Part shown: piece after piece, positions 38,773-48,417 of the stretch
Layout: the number at the start of each line of letters is the position of its first letter
How positions within the stretch are numbered: the stretch's first letter is position 1
Assembly: GCA_023261845.1 (NCBI GenBank)
Contig: JALNJZ010000004.1
Location: 1 to 64,000 of the forward strand
DNA: 64,000 nucleotides
Reading direction: 5' to 3'
Source: Candidatus Terraquivivens tengchongensis
Lineage (GTDB): Archaea; Thermoproteota; Nitrososphaeria_A; Caldarchaeales; Wolframiiraptoraceae
The notes under the pieces: generated by a model
What the model was told of the DNA's origin: nothing
The model's database searches: none
What the model saw: only the letters and a program-made list of their open reading frames with translations
Made by a program: the position numbers and the translations under genes

Positions 38773-40233
38773 GTGGTCGTAAAGGAAATAGAGAAAGGTT
38801 TAACCTTCGACGACGTTCTTCTTGTGCCTCAGAAATTCTCTCTACATTCAAGAAAGGAGGTTTCAACGGAAACTTTCTTCACGAAAAAGATACGTCTGAA
38901 TATACCAATAGTCTCTTCGGCGATGGATACCGTTACGGAATCGGAGATGGCAATTACAATGGCAAGACACGGAGGGATAGGTGTTATCCATAGATTCATG
39001 TCTATCGAGCGCCAAGTCCAAGAGGTTCAACGTGTCAAGAGGGCCGAAAACATCATAATAGAAAAACCGTACGTGTTGCCCCTAAAAAGCACGGTCGGAA
39101 AAGCGAAAGAACTCATGGAAAACTATGGTGTAGGAGGGCTTTTAGTTGTTGATGAGGAGGGAAAGCTCAAAGGTCTGGTTACGAAGCGCGACATACTCTT
39201 CGAAGAAGACTATGAGAAGCCTATAACAGAGGTTATGACGCCTAAAGAAAGGCTCGTGGTCTCGACCCGTAAGATAACGCTTGAGGAGGCAAAAGAGATA
39301 TTTAAAAAGTACAAAGTTGAGAAACTACCGCTCGTTGATGAAGAAGACAAAGTAGTCGGCCTTGTAACGGCAAAAGACATTATGATCAAAAGCATGTATC
39401 CGAATGCTGCGAGAGACCAGAAGGGCAGACTTCTGGTCGCTGCTGCAATAGGAATAAAGGAAGGTTATCTAGATAGGGCAAAAGCACTCTTGGATGCTGG
39501 TGCGGATGCTTTAGTCATAGACGTTGCCCACGGTCACACGGACGAAGTCATAAGGGCTGTGAGGAAGCTTAAAGAAACTTTTGGCGACATTCAGTTAGTT
39601 GCTGGTAACGTAGCTACGCCTGATGGGTTTGAGGACCTTGCCTCTGCTGGTGCGGATGCCGTCAAAGTCGGGATAGGTCCGGGAGCCGTGTGCACCACGA
39701 GGATTGTGACTGGTGTCGGCGTACCGCAGCTTACCGCAATACTCAACTGCGCTGAAAAGTCCATCGAGATGGATGTGCCGATGATAGCTGACGGGGGTAT
39801 ACGTAATAGCGGGGACCTCGTCAAAGCGATTGCTGCAGGAGCATCAACCGTAATGATAGGCAGCCTCCTTGCCGGTACGGATGAGAGTCCCGGTGCAACA
39901 ATATCCAGAGGTGGCAGGAAGTATAAGGTCTATAGGGGTATGGCATCATTCTATGCCATGCTAGCCAGAGACTTAAAAGAAGGCAAGCAGATAGATTTTG
40001 ACTTGGACGCTATAGTGGATTATGCTTATACCTCCGAAGGGGTCGAGGCATATGTACCATATAGAGGGAGTGCTTCGGAGCTCCTTAGACAGCTCGTATC
40101 GGCTCTAAGAGCTGGCATGAGCTACTGTGGCGCAAGAAACATCAGAGAACTCTGGAGCAATGCTAAGTTTATCAGCCTATCCGAGGCTGGTATAAAGGAA
40201 AGCTATCCGCATGACGTGGAGGTAATAGAGTGA
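38773..40233 (+). CDS. guaB: IMP dehydrogenase with CBS pair
   Basis: [34 protein letters not shown]. Confidence 0.96.
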   Translation: MVVKEIEKGLTFDDVLLVPQKFSLHSRKEVSTETFFTKKIRLNIPIVSSAMDTVTESEMAITMARHGGIGVIHRFMSIERQVQEVQRVKRAENIIIEKPYVLPLKSTVGKAKELMENYGVGGLLVVDEEGKLKGLVTKRDILFEEDYEKPITEVMTPKERLVVSTRKITLEEAKEIFKKYKVEKLPLVDEEDKVVGLVTAKDIMIKSMYPNAARDQKGRLLVAAAIGIKEGYLDRAKALLDAGADALVIDVAHGHTDEVIRAVRKLKETFGDIQLVAGNVATPDGFEDLASAGADAVKVGIGPGAVCTTRIVTGVGVPQLTAILNCAEKSIEMDVPMIADGGIRNSGDLVKAIAAGASTVMIGSLLAGTDESPGATISRGGRKYKVYRGMASFYAMLARDLKEGKQIDFDLDAIVDYAYTSEGVEAYVPYRGSASELLRQLVSALRAGMSYCGARNIRELWSNAKFISLSEAGIKESYPHDVEVIE

Positions 40234-40236
40234 ACG

Positions 40237-41517
40237 ATGCCGGCCATAATAATCATTGGTCTCCAATGGGGCGATGAAGGCAAAGGCAAGATCGTAGACT
40301 TCATATCAGAAAACGCGGATTTAGCGGTAAGATACCAAGGTGGTGCCAACGCGGGCCATACTGTCGTCCTTAATGGGAAGACCTACAGGTTTCATCATTT
40401 ACCAGTAGCCGCACTTAGGGGTAAGCACGTCTGTCTTGCTTCGGGCATGGTAATAGACCCTGTAAAGCTCCTTGAGGAGCTTGGGTTATTGAACAAGGAA
40501 GGCATACGACCGAAGCTAACGATAGACGGCAAGGCGCACATAGTGCTGGACGTCCATAAAATGCTGGATGAGGCAGAAGAATCATCTGGTAAGGGTGTTG
40601 GAACGACTAGAAGAGGCATAGGCCCTGCCTATACCTATAAGGCTGCAAGGGTTGGCATAAGGTTCTCTGATTTGGCTGAGATAGAATCCGTCAAGCCCAG
40701 GCTTAAGAAGGCCGTAGACATGACAAGAGCCCTCCTATCCGATGTCTACAACATGGATGTAGAGTTGAACGTTGAACATGTAAGCCAGTTTCTTTATGAT
40801 GTTGCCTCAAAGTTAGGAAAATACGTTGGGGACGTGTCGCTTCTTGTCAACGAGACGTTAGATCGGGGAGGAGTTGTTATACTGGAAGGAGCTCAGGGAA
40901 CGCTATTGGACATAGACCACGGAACCTATCCTTTCGTTACCTCTTCTAACACGACAGCAGGAGCTGCATGCAATAGCGTGGGCATAGGTCCGAAGAGGGT
41001 TGATGAGGTAATAGGCGTAACTAAAGCGTACACCACGAGGGTCGGTAAAGGCCCATTTCCGACTGAGATGGAAGAACCAATAGCCTCGATGGTAAGGGAG
41101 AAGGGTAAAGAATACGGAACAACGACCGGGAGACCTAGAAGGGTTGGCTGGTTTGATGCGGTAGCCGTAAAGTATTCTATAATGCTGAATGGTGCTACCT
41201 CTGTGGCTGTTACGAAAGTAGACTGCCTTTCTGGTATAGACCCAGTCAAGGTCTGTCTGGCTTATGAGTTCAACGGTCAAGAGCTTGAAAACTTCCCAAG
41301 CTCGCTACATGTCTTAGAGAAGTGTAAGCCTGTTTATGTCGAGCTGGAGGGGTGGAGGGACCTTTCAGAAAAGGAAAAGATCGAGGCCCTGAAAGGAAAC
41401 TTCGATGTTCTTCCAAAGCAGCTGAGGAATTATATTGAATTTCTGGAAGAGCTTTTGGCTCGCCCAATTAAGTATGTATCGATAGGTGCAGAAAGACATG
41501 AAACTATTGTAAGGTAA
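40237..41517 (+). CDS. purA: adenylosuccinate synthetase (long form)
   Basis: QWGDEGKGK, GGANAGHT, EGAQG..LD.DHGTYPFVTSS, GTTTGRPRR. Confidence 0.96.
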   Translation: MPAIIIIGLQWGDEGKGKIVDFISENADLAVRYQGGANAGHTVVLNGKTYRFHHLPVAALRGKHVCLASGMVIDPVKLLEELGLLNKEGIRPKLTIDGKAHIVLDVHKMLDEAEESSGKGVGTTRRGIGPAYTYKAARVGIRFSDLAEIESVKPRLKKAVDMTRALLSDVYNMDVELNVEHVSQFLYDVASKLGKYVGDVSLLVNETLDRGGVVILEGAQGTLLDIDHGTYPFVTSSNTTAGAACNSVGIGPKRVDEVIGVTKAYTTRVGKGPFPTEMEEPIASMVREKGKEYGTTTGRPRRVGWFDAVAVKYSIMLNGATSVAVTKVDCLSGIDPVKVCLAYEFNGQELENFPSSLHVLEKCKPVYVELEGWRDLSEKEKIEALKGNFDVLPKQLRNYIEFLEELLARPIKYVSIGAERHETIVR

Positions 41518-41521
41518 ACCT

Positions 41522-41539
41522 TTTACCTTTTTAGGTAAA
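41522..41539 (+). terminator. hairpin/T-rich terminator-like element after purA
   Basis: TTTACCT TTTT AGGTAAA. Confidence 0.45.
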
Positions 41540-41688
41540 CCATAAACAAAGTTCATTGCACAAAAGAAACCTTTTTTGTTAATTCGCTCTGTAGCGGTTT
41601 ATTTTTACAAGTGTACGATTCTCCAACCGATTCGTATCCAAGGCCCTATTAAAAGGCGAAAAAGACAGAGTATCTAGGACCTTATAAC

Positions 41689-41711
41689 GCTCCAGAAGAT
41701 CGAAAGGGGGT
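41689..41711 (+). other. ORB-like element (candidate replication-origin recognition box)
   Basis: GCTCCA-GAA-GATC-GAAA-GGGGGT has the TCCA-N3-GAnn-N4-G-string spacing of archaeal ORBs and is followed by an AT-rich tract. Confidence 0.45.
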
Positions 41712-41788
41712 CTTAATTCATTACGTATTGGATTAATTTATTTCATATTGTTCGTTAGCAACTGATTTGCAATAATTTTTGAATTGGC

Positions 41789-41821
41789 AAGGTTTACCAT
41801 CAAACGTAGATGGTAAACCTT
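41789..41821. promoter_or_regulatory. perfect 13-bp inverted repeat overlapping the TATA box of the next gene
   Basis: AAGGTTTACCATC-aaacgta-GATGGTAAACCTT followed by ATAA. Confidence 0.7.
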
Positions 41822-41854
41822 ATAACTTTCAAATCTCTCTTAATCAAGACAGAC

Positions 41855-42118
41855 ATGAAGTCAACGAAGCAAACATCGTTAAAGAAAAAACAAGAGAGGC
41901 TAAACAAGAAATTCTTAGCTGAAGCAGTAAAGCTAGCCATGAAACAACCAAGGCTTACATTTTACTCACCACTTTCGGCCGCAGTTTTTAACTACAGGAA
42001 AAGCCTATTACCTCGCTACAGCATAAGCGATGAAATAGCCAAGATAATCGAGGCAGAAGTCCGAAGAAGATGGCCAGAACTTTCAAAAATTGTAGAACGA
42101 CTATTAAAACGAAGGTGA
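41855..42118 (+). CDS. small basic protein, possible ribbon-helix-helix DNA binder
   Basis: 87 aa from ATG 41855; RLTFYSP strand then two helices (SISDEIAKIIEAEV). Confidence 0.6.
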   Translation: MKSTKQTSLKKKQERLNKKFLAEAVKLAMKQPRLTFYSPLSAAVFNYRKSLLPRYSISDEIAKIIEAEVRRRWPELSKIVERLLKRR

Positions 42119-42157
42119 GGATGAAATTTTATATCTAACTGAAACATTGAAACAAAC

Positions 42158-43162
42158 ATGAAACCAAGGGTATTCGTCACGAACAGGATACCAGAACCTG
42201 GCATAGAGGTTTTAAGAAAAGAGTGCGAAGTGATCTACAGGGAGAAAGACGAGCCGATACCACATGAAGAGTTTGTTAAAAGTGTAAAAGACGTTCAGGC
42301 TATACTCTGCCACCTAACAGCCAAAGTGAGTAAGGAGGTAATAGATGCTGCACCAGATCTTAGAGTCATAGGCACAATTACTGCAGGCGTTGACCATATA
42401 GACGTTGAATACGCTACATCCAAGGGCATATATGTTACAAATTCTCCGGCAGCATCCGAGCCTGTATCTGAAGTCGCTGTAGGTCTTATGCTCGCGATTG
42501 CTAGGAGAATAGTCGAAGGTGACAGATACATCAGAGAGGGGAAGTGGAAGATTCAATGGACGCCCTTCATGATGTTAGGAACAGAACTTAAGGGTAAGAC
42601 ATTGGGCATAATTGGACTTGGTAAGATAGGTTATGCAACGGCCGTAAGGGCAAAAGCATTCGGCATGAACCTAATCTACTATGATATTGTTAGGAATAAG
42701 AAGGCCGAAGAAGAGCTTGGAATAAAATTCGTTAGTCTTGAGGAACTCTTAAGAACGTCCGATTTCGTCTCCATACACGTATTCCTATCCAAAGATACAT
42801 ACCATCTGTTAAACGAAGATAGGCTTAGGATGATGAAGAAGACGGCATTCTTGATAAACACTTCAAGAGGGGCAGTTGTGGACGAGAAGGCGTTAATAAA
42901 GGCCTTAAAGGAGGGCTGGATAGCCGGCGCGGCACTTGATGTTTTTGAAGTTGAACCACTACCTATGGACAGTCCGTTGCTGAATCTTCCAAACGTAATC
43001 TTAACACCCCACATAGGTAATGCAACATACGAAGCAAGATATGCTATGGCGGAGACAGGTGCGTTAAACGTCGTCAAAGTCTTGAAGGGTGAGCAACCGA
43101 TCTCATTATTCAATCCGGACGTCATGAAAATTAGACCTCTTGACAAAGTCAAAGTGATTTAG
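42158..43162 (+). CDS. gyaR: glyoxylate reductase / D-2-hydroxyacid dehydrogenase
   Basis: GVDHID, GIIGLGKIG, INTSRGAVVDE, AALDVFE.EP, TPHIG. Confidence 0.88.
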   Translation: MKPRVFVTNRIPEPGIEVLRKECEVIYREKDEPIPHEEFVKSVKDVQAILCHLTAKVSKEVIDAAPDLRVIGTITAGVDHIDVEYATSKGIYVTNSPAASEPVSEVAVGLMLAIARRIVEGDRYIREGKWKIQWTPFMMLGTELKGKTLGIIGLGKIGYATAVRAKAFGMNLIYYDIVRNKKAEEELGIKFVSLEELLRTSDFVSIHVFLSKDTYHLLNEDRLRMMKKTAFLINTSRGAVVDEKALIKALKEGWIAGAALDVFEVEPLPMDSPLLNLPNVILTPHIGNATYEARYAMAETGALNVVKVLKGEQPISLFNPDVMKIRPLDKVKVI

Positions 43163-43177
43163 GAAAGAGACGCTGAA

Positions 43178-43963
43178 TTGGAGTCGATAATAAAGAGGGC
43201 ACTGGAGGCAGCTAAGGTAGCGATAGACAGCCTAGAAGACAAAGGACGTGAGCTGAACGTCGGCGCTTTTGGTGATATATCTACTGTGGCAGACGTCACC
43301 TCTGAGAAAGCTATAATCGACGTGCTAAAGAGCGCCATACCAAACATAACAATAATTAGTGAGGAGGCAGGACTCATCAGTGATGTAGAGAATTCTGAGT
43401 ACTTGGCCGTCGTGGATCCTGTGGATGGAACGGTAAACCTAAAGCAAGACCTGCCTTTCTACTCTGCGGCCGTAGCGATATCTAGGGGAAGGGGGTTCTC
43501 AGACATACTAGCCGCCGGCATAATTAACCTGGTTAACGGCGAAGTTATAATAGCCAATGAAAGAGGCGTGTACCTTAACGACAAACCAGTCAAACCATCA
43601 AATACATGTTCATTAAATGAAGCTGTGGTTTCACTTGATCTAAAGGTATTCAAACATGATGAGAGATTATCGATGTTCGCTGAACGCGTAGTATCAAAGG
43701 CTCTCTATGCAAGGTTCATGGGTTCTGCGGCCCTCGAGACAGCATACGTGGGCTGTGGAAGATTAGATTGTTTCCTTGCATTAGACGGAGTGAGAGTAGT
43801 TGATATGGCGGCTGCGGCATATATAGTAATGCGAGCGGGCGGTGCTTTTAAATGTTTGGACATATCTCTGGAAAACTTAGACCTGTTCTATAAAGGGAAT
43901 GTCAGGTACATTGCAACCGCTAACGATAAGTTGCTGAAGGAACTCATAGAAATTTTTCCGTAA
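43178..43963 (+). CDS. suhB: inositol monophosphatase / FBPase (class IV)
   Basis: SEE, DPVDGT.N, R.MGSAALE, D.AAA. Confidence 0.85.
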   Translation: MESIIKRALEAAKVAIDSLEDKGRELNVGAFGDISTVADVTSEKAIIDVLKSAIPNITIISEEAGLISDVENSEYLAVVDPVDGTVNLKQDLPFYSAAVAISRGRGFSDILAAGIINLVNGEVIIANERGVYLNDKPVKPSNTCSLNEAVVSLDLKVFKHDERLSMFAERVVSKALYARFMGSAALETAYVGCGRLDCFLALDGVRVVDMAAAAYIVMRAGGAFKCLDISLENLDLFYKGNVRYIATANDKLLKELIEIFP

Positions 43964-44000
43964 TTGACGGCCCATTCTCTTAAAGCCCATGTATAATTAT

Positions 44001-45113
44001 TTAACCTACGCGGTACTTTTCTAACTTCTCCCAATTTAGCTCTATACCTAAGCCCGGATCCTTGGGCACTTCAGCATAACCGTCATCTATCCTTATCGGC
44101 TCCTTTAGCATATCTTTAAAGAGGGGTACATCCGAAATGTCTCTTTGAACTATCAAACAACCTTCGGTCGCTGCAACAAAGTGTAAGGTCGCCGCAAAGC
44201 CAACCTCGGAACCATAGAAATGCGGTGAGAAAGGTAGACCGCTCGAATTTATTAGCTTAGCTATCTTAATACCATCCGTTATGCCGCCAGTCTTACTGAC
44301 GTCGGGCATGAGAATGTCAGCTGCCCTCTTTTTCACCATTCTTTCAAACTCAGCAAAACCATAAGCATTTTCTCCAGCACCAATCCATGTATCAAGCTCG
44401 GCCGCAAGCCTTGACATACTATTCAAGTCATCGCATATAATGGGCTCCTCGAGCCAAAAGAGCTCATATCTCTCCAATCTCCTTGCCATCTCCAATGCCT
44501 TTTCGTAATCCCAAGCCATGTTCGCATCAGCAATCAGTCTGACACTTTTGCCTACAGCTTCCCTCACATTCTTCACGAGCTCTATGTCCTTCTCAGGGTC
44601 GAACCCTATCCTGAGCTTTAGAGTATCGTATCCTTCAGACACCAACTTCTTTGCATGTCCAACTGGGTCGCTAACACTAAGTCCTGTTGCGTAAAGTTTT
44701 AACTTCTGCTTCGGGTTATCGGAAATAAGCTTACATATAGGTTGGTTTTTTACTTTTCCGAGTATATCCCAAAGAGCTATGTCTATTCCGCTAATCACTT
44801 GAATTATAGCACCTTTGCAGCCACCTTGAAGCCCCATCTTTACGAGTGGTGCATATATCTTTTTCCATATAGCTTCAATATTCGTGGGATCTTCGCCCAG
44901 AAGCAGTTTTTTCACATTCTCAAGCGTTACTTTCCTCTCCTCGACCGACCACGGTGGGAAATTCACAAAAGTTTCTCCGAGACCAACTATACCCTCATCT
45001 GTGTGAACTTCAATGAGTGCAAAAGGTCTCTTCTCGAGTGTACCGACGGACAATCTCATGGGTTCCTTAAGGGGCGAGTACAATGGCACAAGCTTCACGT
45101 CAGTTATCCTCAC
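44001..45113 (-). CDS. mandelate racemase/muconate lactonizing enzyme family
   Basis: DIALWDI.GK, KLR, DAN, WLEEP, GE, PD..K.GGIT, PGLG. Confidence 0.9.
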   Translation of the reverse strand: MRITDVKLVPLYSPLKEPMRLSVGTLEKRPFALIEVHTDEGIVGLGETFVNFPPWSVEERKVTLENVKKLLLGEDPTNIEAIWKKIYAPLVKMGLQGGCKGAIIQVISGIDIALWDILGKVKNQPICKLISDNPKQKLKLYATGLSVSDPVGHAKKLVSEGYDTLKLRIGFDPEKDIELVKNVREAVGKSVRLIADANMAWDYEKALEMARRLERYELFWLEEPIICDDLNSMSRLAAELDTWIGAGENAYGFAEFERMVKKRAADILMPDVSKTGGITDGIKIAKLINSSGLPFSPHFYGSEVGFAATLHFVAATEGCLIVQRDISDVPLFKDMLKEPIRIDDGYAEVPKDPGLGIELNWEKLEKYRVG

Positions 45114-45210
45114 ACCCTATGCACCAATTCCTATCTTCATCATTGCTCGTATAAATTTATCCTCCACCATTGTTAAGCATATATGCCACCAAGCCTATTG
45201 GTAAGTTTAG

Positions 45211-46182
45211 ATGTCAGCGATCCCGATGTATAGACCATCCAGGGATGAAGTTAAAGCACTAGAAAAGTTCAAGAAAGCAGGATATAGGATAGTAGGCAGA
45301 CATTCTGCTGTGAAGATCTGTCATTGGACGAAGACCGCGCTGAGAGGTGGGAAATTCTGTTACAAAAGATGGTATGGTATAAGAAGTCACAGGTGCATCC
45401 AGATGACGCCGACACTTCAATACTGTAACATGATGTGTATATTCTGCTGGCGCTTTCATAGTATAAACAGGGTTAGTCCTTATGGCGGAGATTGGGATGA
45501 ACCAAAGACAATACTCGATGGTTGCATAGCCGCACAAAAAGAGCTCCTTTCTGGTTTTAAGGGCAATCCCAAGGTTACTATTCAAAGGTTCAATGAGGCC
45601 ATGGACCCAAAGCACATAGCTATATCGCTGGATGGTGAGCCAACGCTTTACCCTTATCTTTCCGACCTGATAAAGGAAGCTAAAGTAAGGGGTATGACGA
45701 CGTTCCTCGTGACGAATGGAACGATGCCCGAAGTACTCAAAGAACTCGAGACACTGCCAACCAACCTGTACATAAGCCTATATGGACCTGACGAAGAAAC
45801 GCATAAACAGATCACAAGACCGCTCATAACGGATAGTTGGCAGAGAACGATAAAGAGTTTGGAGCTTATGAGCTCACTTAACTGTAGGAAAGTCGTGAGG
45901 TTAACGTTGGTGAAAAATTACACGATGAAGGATGCCGAAAAGTATGCTGATTTAATAAAGCTAGCCATGCCTGAGTTTGTTGAATGTAAAGCTTACATGC
46001 ATGTAGGAGAATCGCAGAAGAGGTTGCCGAGAGAAGCTATGCCGAATATGGAAGAGGTCTCAGCTTTTGCTAAAGAGCTCAAGGATTTTTTAGGTTATGT
46101 GTTAGTCACTGAGGATTCTGACAGCAGGGTGGTGCTCTTAGCAAGATCTGACGTGGAGTTATCAAAGATTGCATCCTTCTAA
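45211..46182 (+). CDS. taw1: 4-demethylwyosine synthase (radical SAM TYW1)
   Basis: HSAVKICHWT, FCYK..YGI.SHRC.QMTP, CNMMCIFCWR, ISL.GEP. Confidence 0.93.
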   Translation: MSAIPMYRPSRDEVKALEKFKKAGYRIVGRHSAVKICHWTKTALRGGKFCYKRWYGIRSHRCIQMTPTLQYCNMMCIFCWRFHSINRVSPYGGDWDEPKTILDGCIAAQKELLSGFKGNPKVTIQRFNEAMDPKHIAISLDGEPTLYPYLSDLIKEAKVRGMTTFLVTNGTMPEVLKELETLPTNLYISLYGPDEETHKQITRPLITDSWQRTIKSLELMSSLNCRKVVRLTLVKNYTMKDAEKYADLIKLAMPEFVECKAYMHVGESQKRLPREAMPNMEEVSAFAKELKDFLGYVLVTEDSDSRVVLLARSDVELSKIASF

Positions 46183-46260
46183 GTCCGCTCCTGAGGGGTG
46201 CTTTTGTTCTCATAAGGACGGTAACAACTCCTAGCGAGTTAAAATTATGATGTAAATTTA

Positions 46261-46911
46261 TCAGAGATTACAACTTTCTAGCTTTGCAACAAGTTTAGGG
46301 AGATCTGTTATTTTAGCAATTACGTAATCGAAACTATTTCTCATGAGGTCAACATCAATTGTTGAAAATTCTGCAACTCCAACAGATAACATACCTACAG
46401 CTCTTGATGCAAGACCATCCTCAGGCATATCGCCAACGGAGATAACCTCCGACGGTGTCGTCCCAAGTCTCTTGAGCATTTCTTTAAACATCTCAACCTT
46501 TTTCATGCCTTCACCGCTACCTATTCTTCTTGCAATAACCGGACCTACAGGAAACCCGTACCTCTTCAGGAAATCTAATGCTAACTGCTCCTTAGGTCTA
46601 CCCGTCACGTAACCTATCCTGTAGATTGATGCTAGAACGTTTAGGGTCTCGACAGTGCCTTCTATCGGTCTGTCCAATGCGTAAAGCACCTCATTCTCTA
46701 GAAAGTGTTCCTCAACTTTTTTAACAAGTTCGCTGTTGGGTTCGAAACCAAGCGCTTTTATGATTTGTGGGAATCCTTTTTTCCTCATGTGTAAGTAAAG
46801 CTCGTCAGGAATTGTTATGTTCATAGTTAGCTCTATCGCTCTCCTCTTCCTTTCCGTGTTGTCACATATTGTCGCATCGATGTCAAATATTATGGCCTTA
46901 AATTTTCCCAT
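46261..46911 (-). CDS. HAD-family hydrolase
   Basis: FDIDAT, VTGR, VGD..ED. Confidence 0.85.
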   Translation of the reverse strand: MGKFKAIIFDIDATICDNTERKRRAIELTMNITIPDELYLHMRKKGFPQIIKALGFEPNSELVKKVEEHFLENEVLYALDRPIEGTVETLNVLASIYRIGYVTGRPKEQLALDFLKRYGFPVGPVIARRIGSGEGMKKVEMFKEMLKRLGTTPSEVISVGDMPEDGLASRAVGMLSVGVAEFSTIDVDLMRNSFDYVIAKITDLPKLVAKLESCNL

Positions 46912-46933
46912 GTAGGAATCACTGACTAATGAC

Positions 46934-47419
46934 TTACTTCTCTTTAAGGAAGTGGACTACAAGTTTATCATAAGTGTCGCTCAATAGCTCGGGCATCACT
47001 TTCACGTTACCCACGACAGTCATGAAGTTCGTATCACCAGACCATCGTGGAACAACGTGGAAATGGACGTGCCCCTCAACACCAGCGCCTGCGACCCTTC
47101 CCAGGTTTATGCCCACATTGAAACCATCAGGAGTTAAGGCTTTTTGTAGAACTGCTATGGACTTCACTATCAGCTCCATGAGTTCACTCCGCTCGTCCAC
47201 ATCCAGCTCCGTTAAGTTGCCCACATGCCTGTAGGGTGCCACCATGAGGTGGCCGGTGTTATACGGATAGAGGTTCATTAGTACGAAGCACTTCTTACCC
47301 TTGAAGAGAACTAGGTCTTCCTTTTCGTTCAATGATGCACCCTTCGTGCAGAAAACACAATTCTTAGGTCCGCCGGAGCTTATGTAAGCCATGCGCCAAG
47401 GAGCCCATAACCACTTCAA
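46934..47419 (-). CDS. HIT family hydrolase
   Basis: LWAPWR, CVFC, NLYPYN.GH, AGAG...HVHFHVVPRW.GD.NF. Confidence 0.92.
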   Translation of the reverse strand: MKWLWAPWRMAYISSGGPKNCVFCTKGASLNEKEDLVLFKGKKCFVLMNLYPYNTGHLMVAPYRHVGNLTELDVDERSELMELIVKSIAVLQKALTPDGFNVGINLGRVAGAGVEGHVHFHVVPRWSGDTNFMTVVGNVKVMPELLSDTYDKLVVHFLKEK

Positions 47420-47476
47420 GGCCGCTTTTTATCTACGATTGAAAGGATATAAAGCCATTTACATGTTAATCTTTAT

Positions 47477-47535
47477 GGGGGATGAGGCAGCCGTCCCAGA
47501 CTGATATGTGATGTCGGAAGAGCCGAGCCGACCCC
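47477..47535 (+). ncRNA. box C/D guide sRNA, predicted 23S rRNA target
   Basis: GGGG/CCCC terminal stem; C-like GGGATGA, guide GGCAGCCGTCCCAGA, D' CTGA, C' GTGATGT, guide CGGAAGAGCCGAG, D CCGA. Confidence 0.78.
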
Positions 47536-47683
47536 AATTCTCTGCTGCAGCCTTCTTCAATCGTCGTTTTTCGTGATCAATCTGTTTGAAGGATTTTGTA
47601 ACTCTGGATTCTTAAGACTTCCAGTTGATTGTTTATTCAATTTCTTTTAAGATTTTCACCGAAGGTGTATTCATTTACAAAAA

Positions 47684-48337
47684 TTAATAGAACTTGCAGT
47701 CAGTTCTTTTGAAAAACAAAAATTTCCAAATCGCCCAAAGCAACCAAACGTATCGCATTAAAAATATTTTCCAACCATCATGATATCTCTTTAGGACGTG
47801 TAGAAGTCTTTTCCTGTCATGTTTTAAGAATACGTAAACGCTGTGCTTCTCATTTAACCACCTTTTTCTTTCAGCCCCTTCTGTTGATGAATGGTGGATA
47901 TATCCGCCTTCCACATATTTTATCCGTAATATCCCTGCATTCTCAAGTTTCTTTAGTGTGTAGTGCATCTCAATATCTTCTGACATGAACGGTATCCTTT
48001 CGTCAAATCCCCCAGTTAAGACGAAAAGATTTCTATCTATGCCAAAAATTAACGGCTGGGTGTTCCAAATCACGTTTTTTCTATCTTCTGATATTAATGC
48101 CAGCCATTTTCTAAAATGTTCTGGATCTATTTCCACATCATCATCAATAAAGAACAATGTAGCTACATCTTTTTCTTTCTCAGCACCCTTATTCCTCGTC
48201 TTTGACACATTCTTGTATACATCGAGCATGTAAACAATATTTACTTGAAAATCCTTTAGAGACTCTCCTACATATTTTTGGGCTTTTGATACATCTAGGG
48301 TCGGCACTATTACGGAAACTTTCATAATCTTTTGCAC
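47684..48337 (-). CDS. GT2-family glycosyltransferase, AT-rich
   Basis: VSVIVPT, RN.GA, FIDDD, GGFDE, ED.E. Confidence 0.82.
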   Translation of the reverse strand: MQKIMKVSVIVPTLDVSKAQKYVGESLKDFQVNIVYMLDVYKNVSKTRNKGAEKEKDVATLFFIDDDVEIDPEHFRKWLALISEDRKNVIWNTQPLIFGIDRNLFVLTGGFDERIPFMSEDIEMHYTLKKLENAGILRIKYVEGGYIHHSSTEGAERKRWLNEKHSVYVFLKHDRKRLLHVLKRYHDGWKIFLMRYVWLLWAIWKFLFFKRTDCKFY

Positions 48338-48417
48338 GTTATTTTTCCATTCTTTTTAAATGTTTTGTCTTCTGTACACTTTTTATAAAAATAAAAAAAT
48401 TCACTCTTAGAAAGTGT

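Noticed and set aside
45120-45155. ATGATGA on the minus strand as a possible C box
   Set aside because: No D/D' boxes at a suitable distance; lies in a promoter region
46183-46240. GTCC...GGAC stem followed by ACA, possible H/ACA RNA
   Set aside because: No convincing K-turn or pseudouridylation pocket; more likely a terminator between convergent genes
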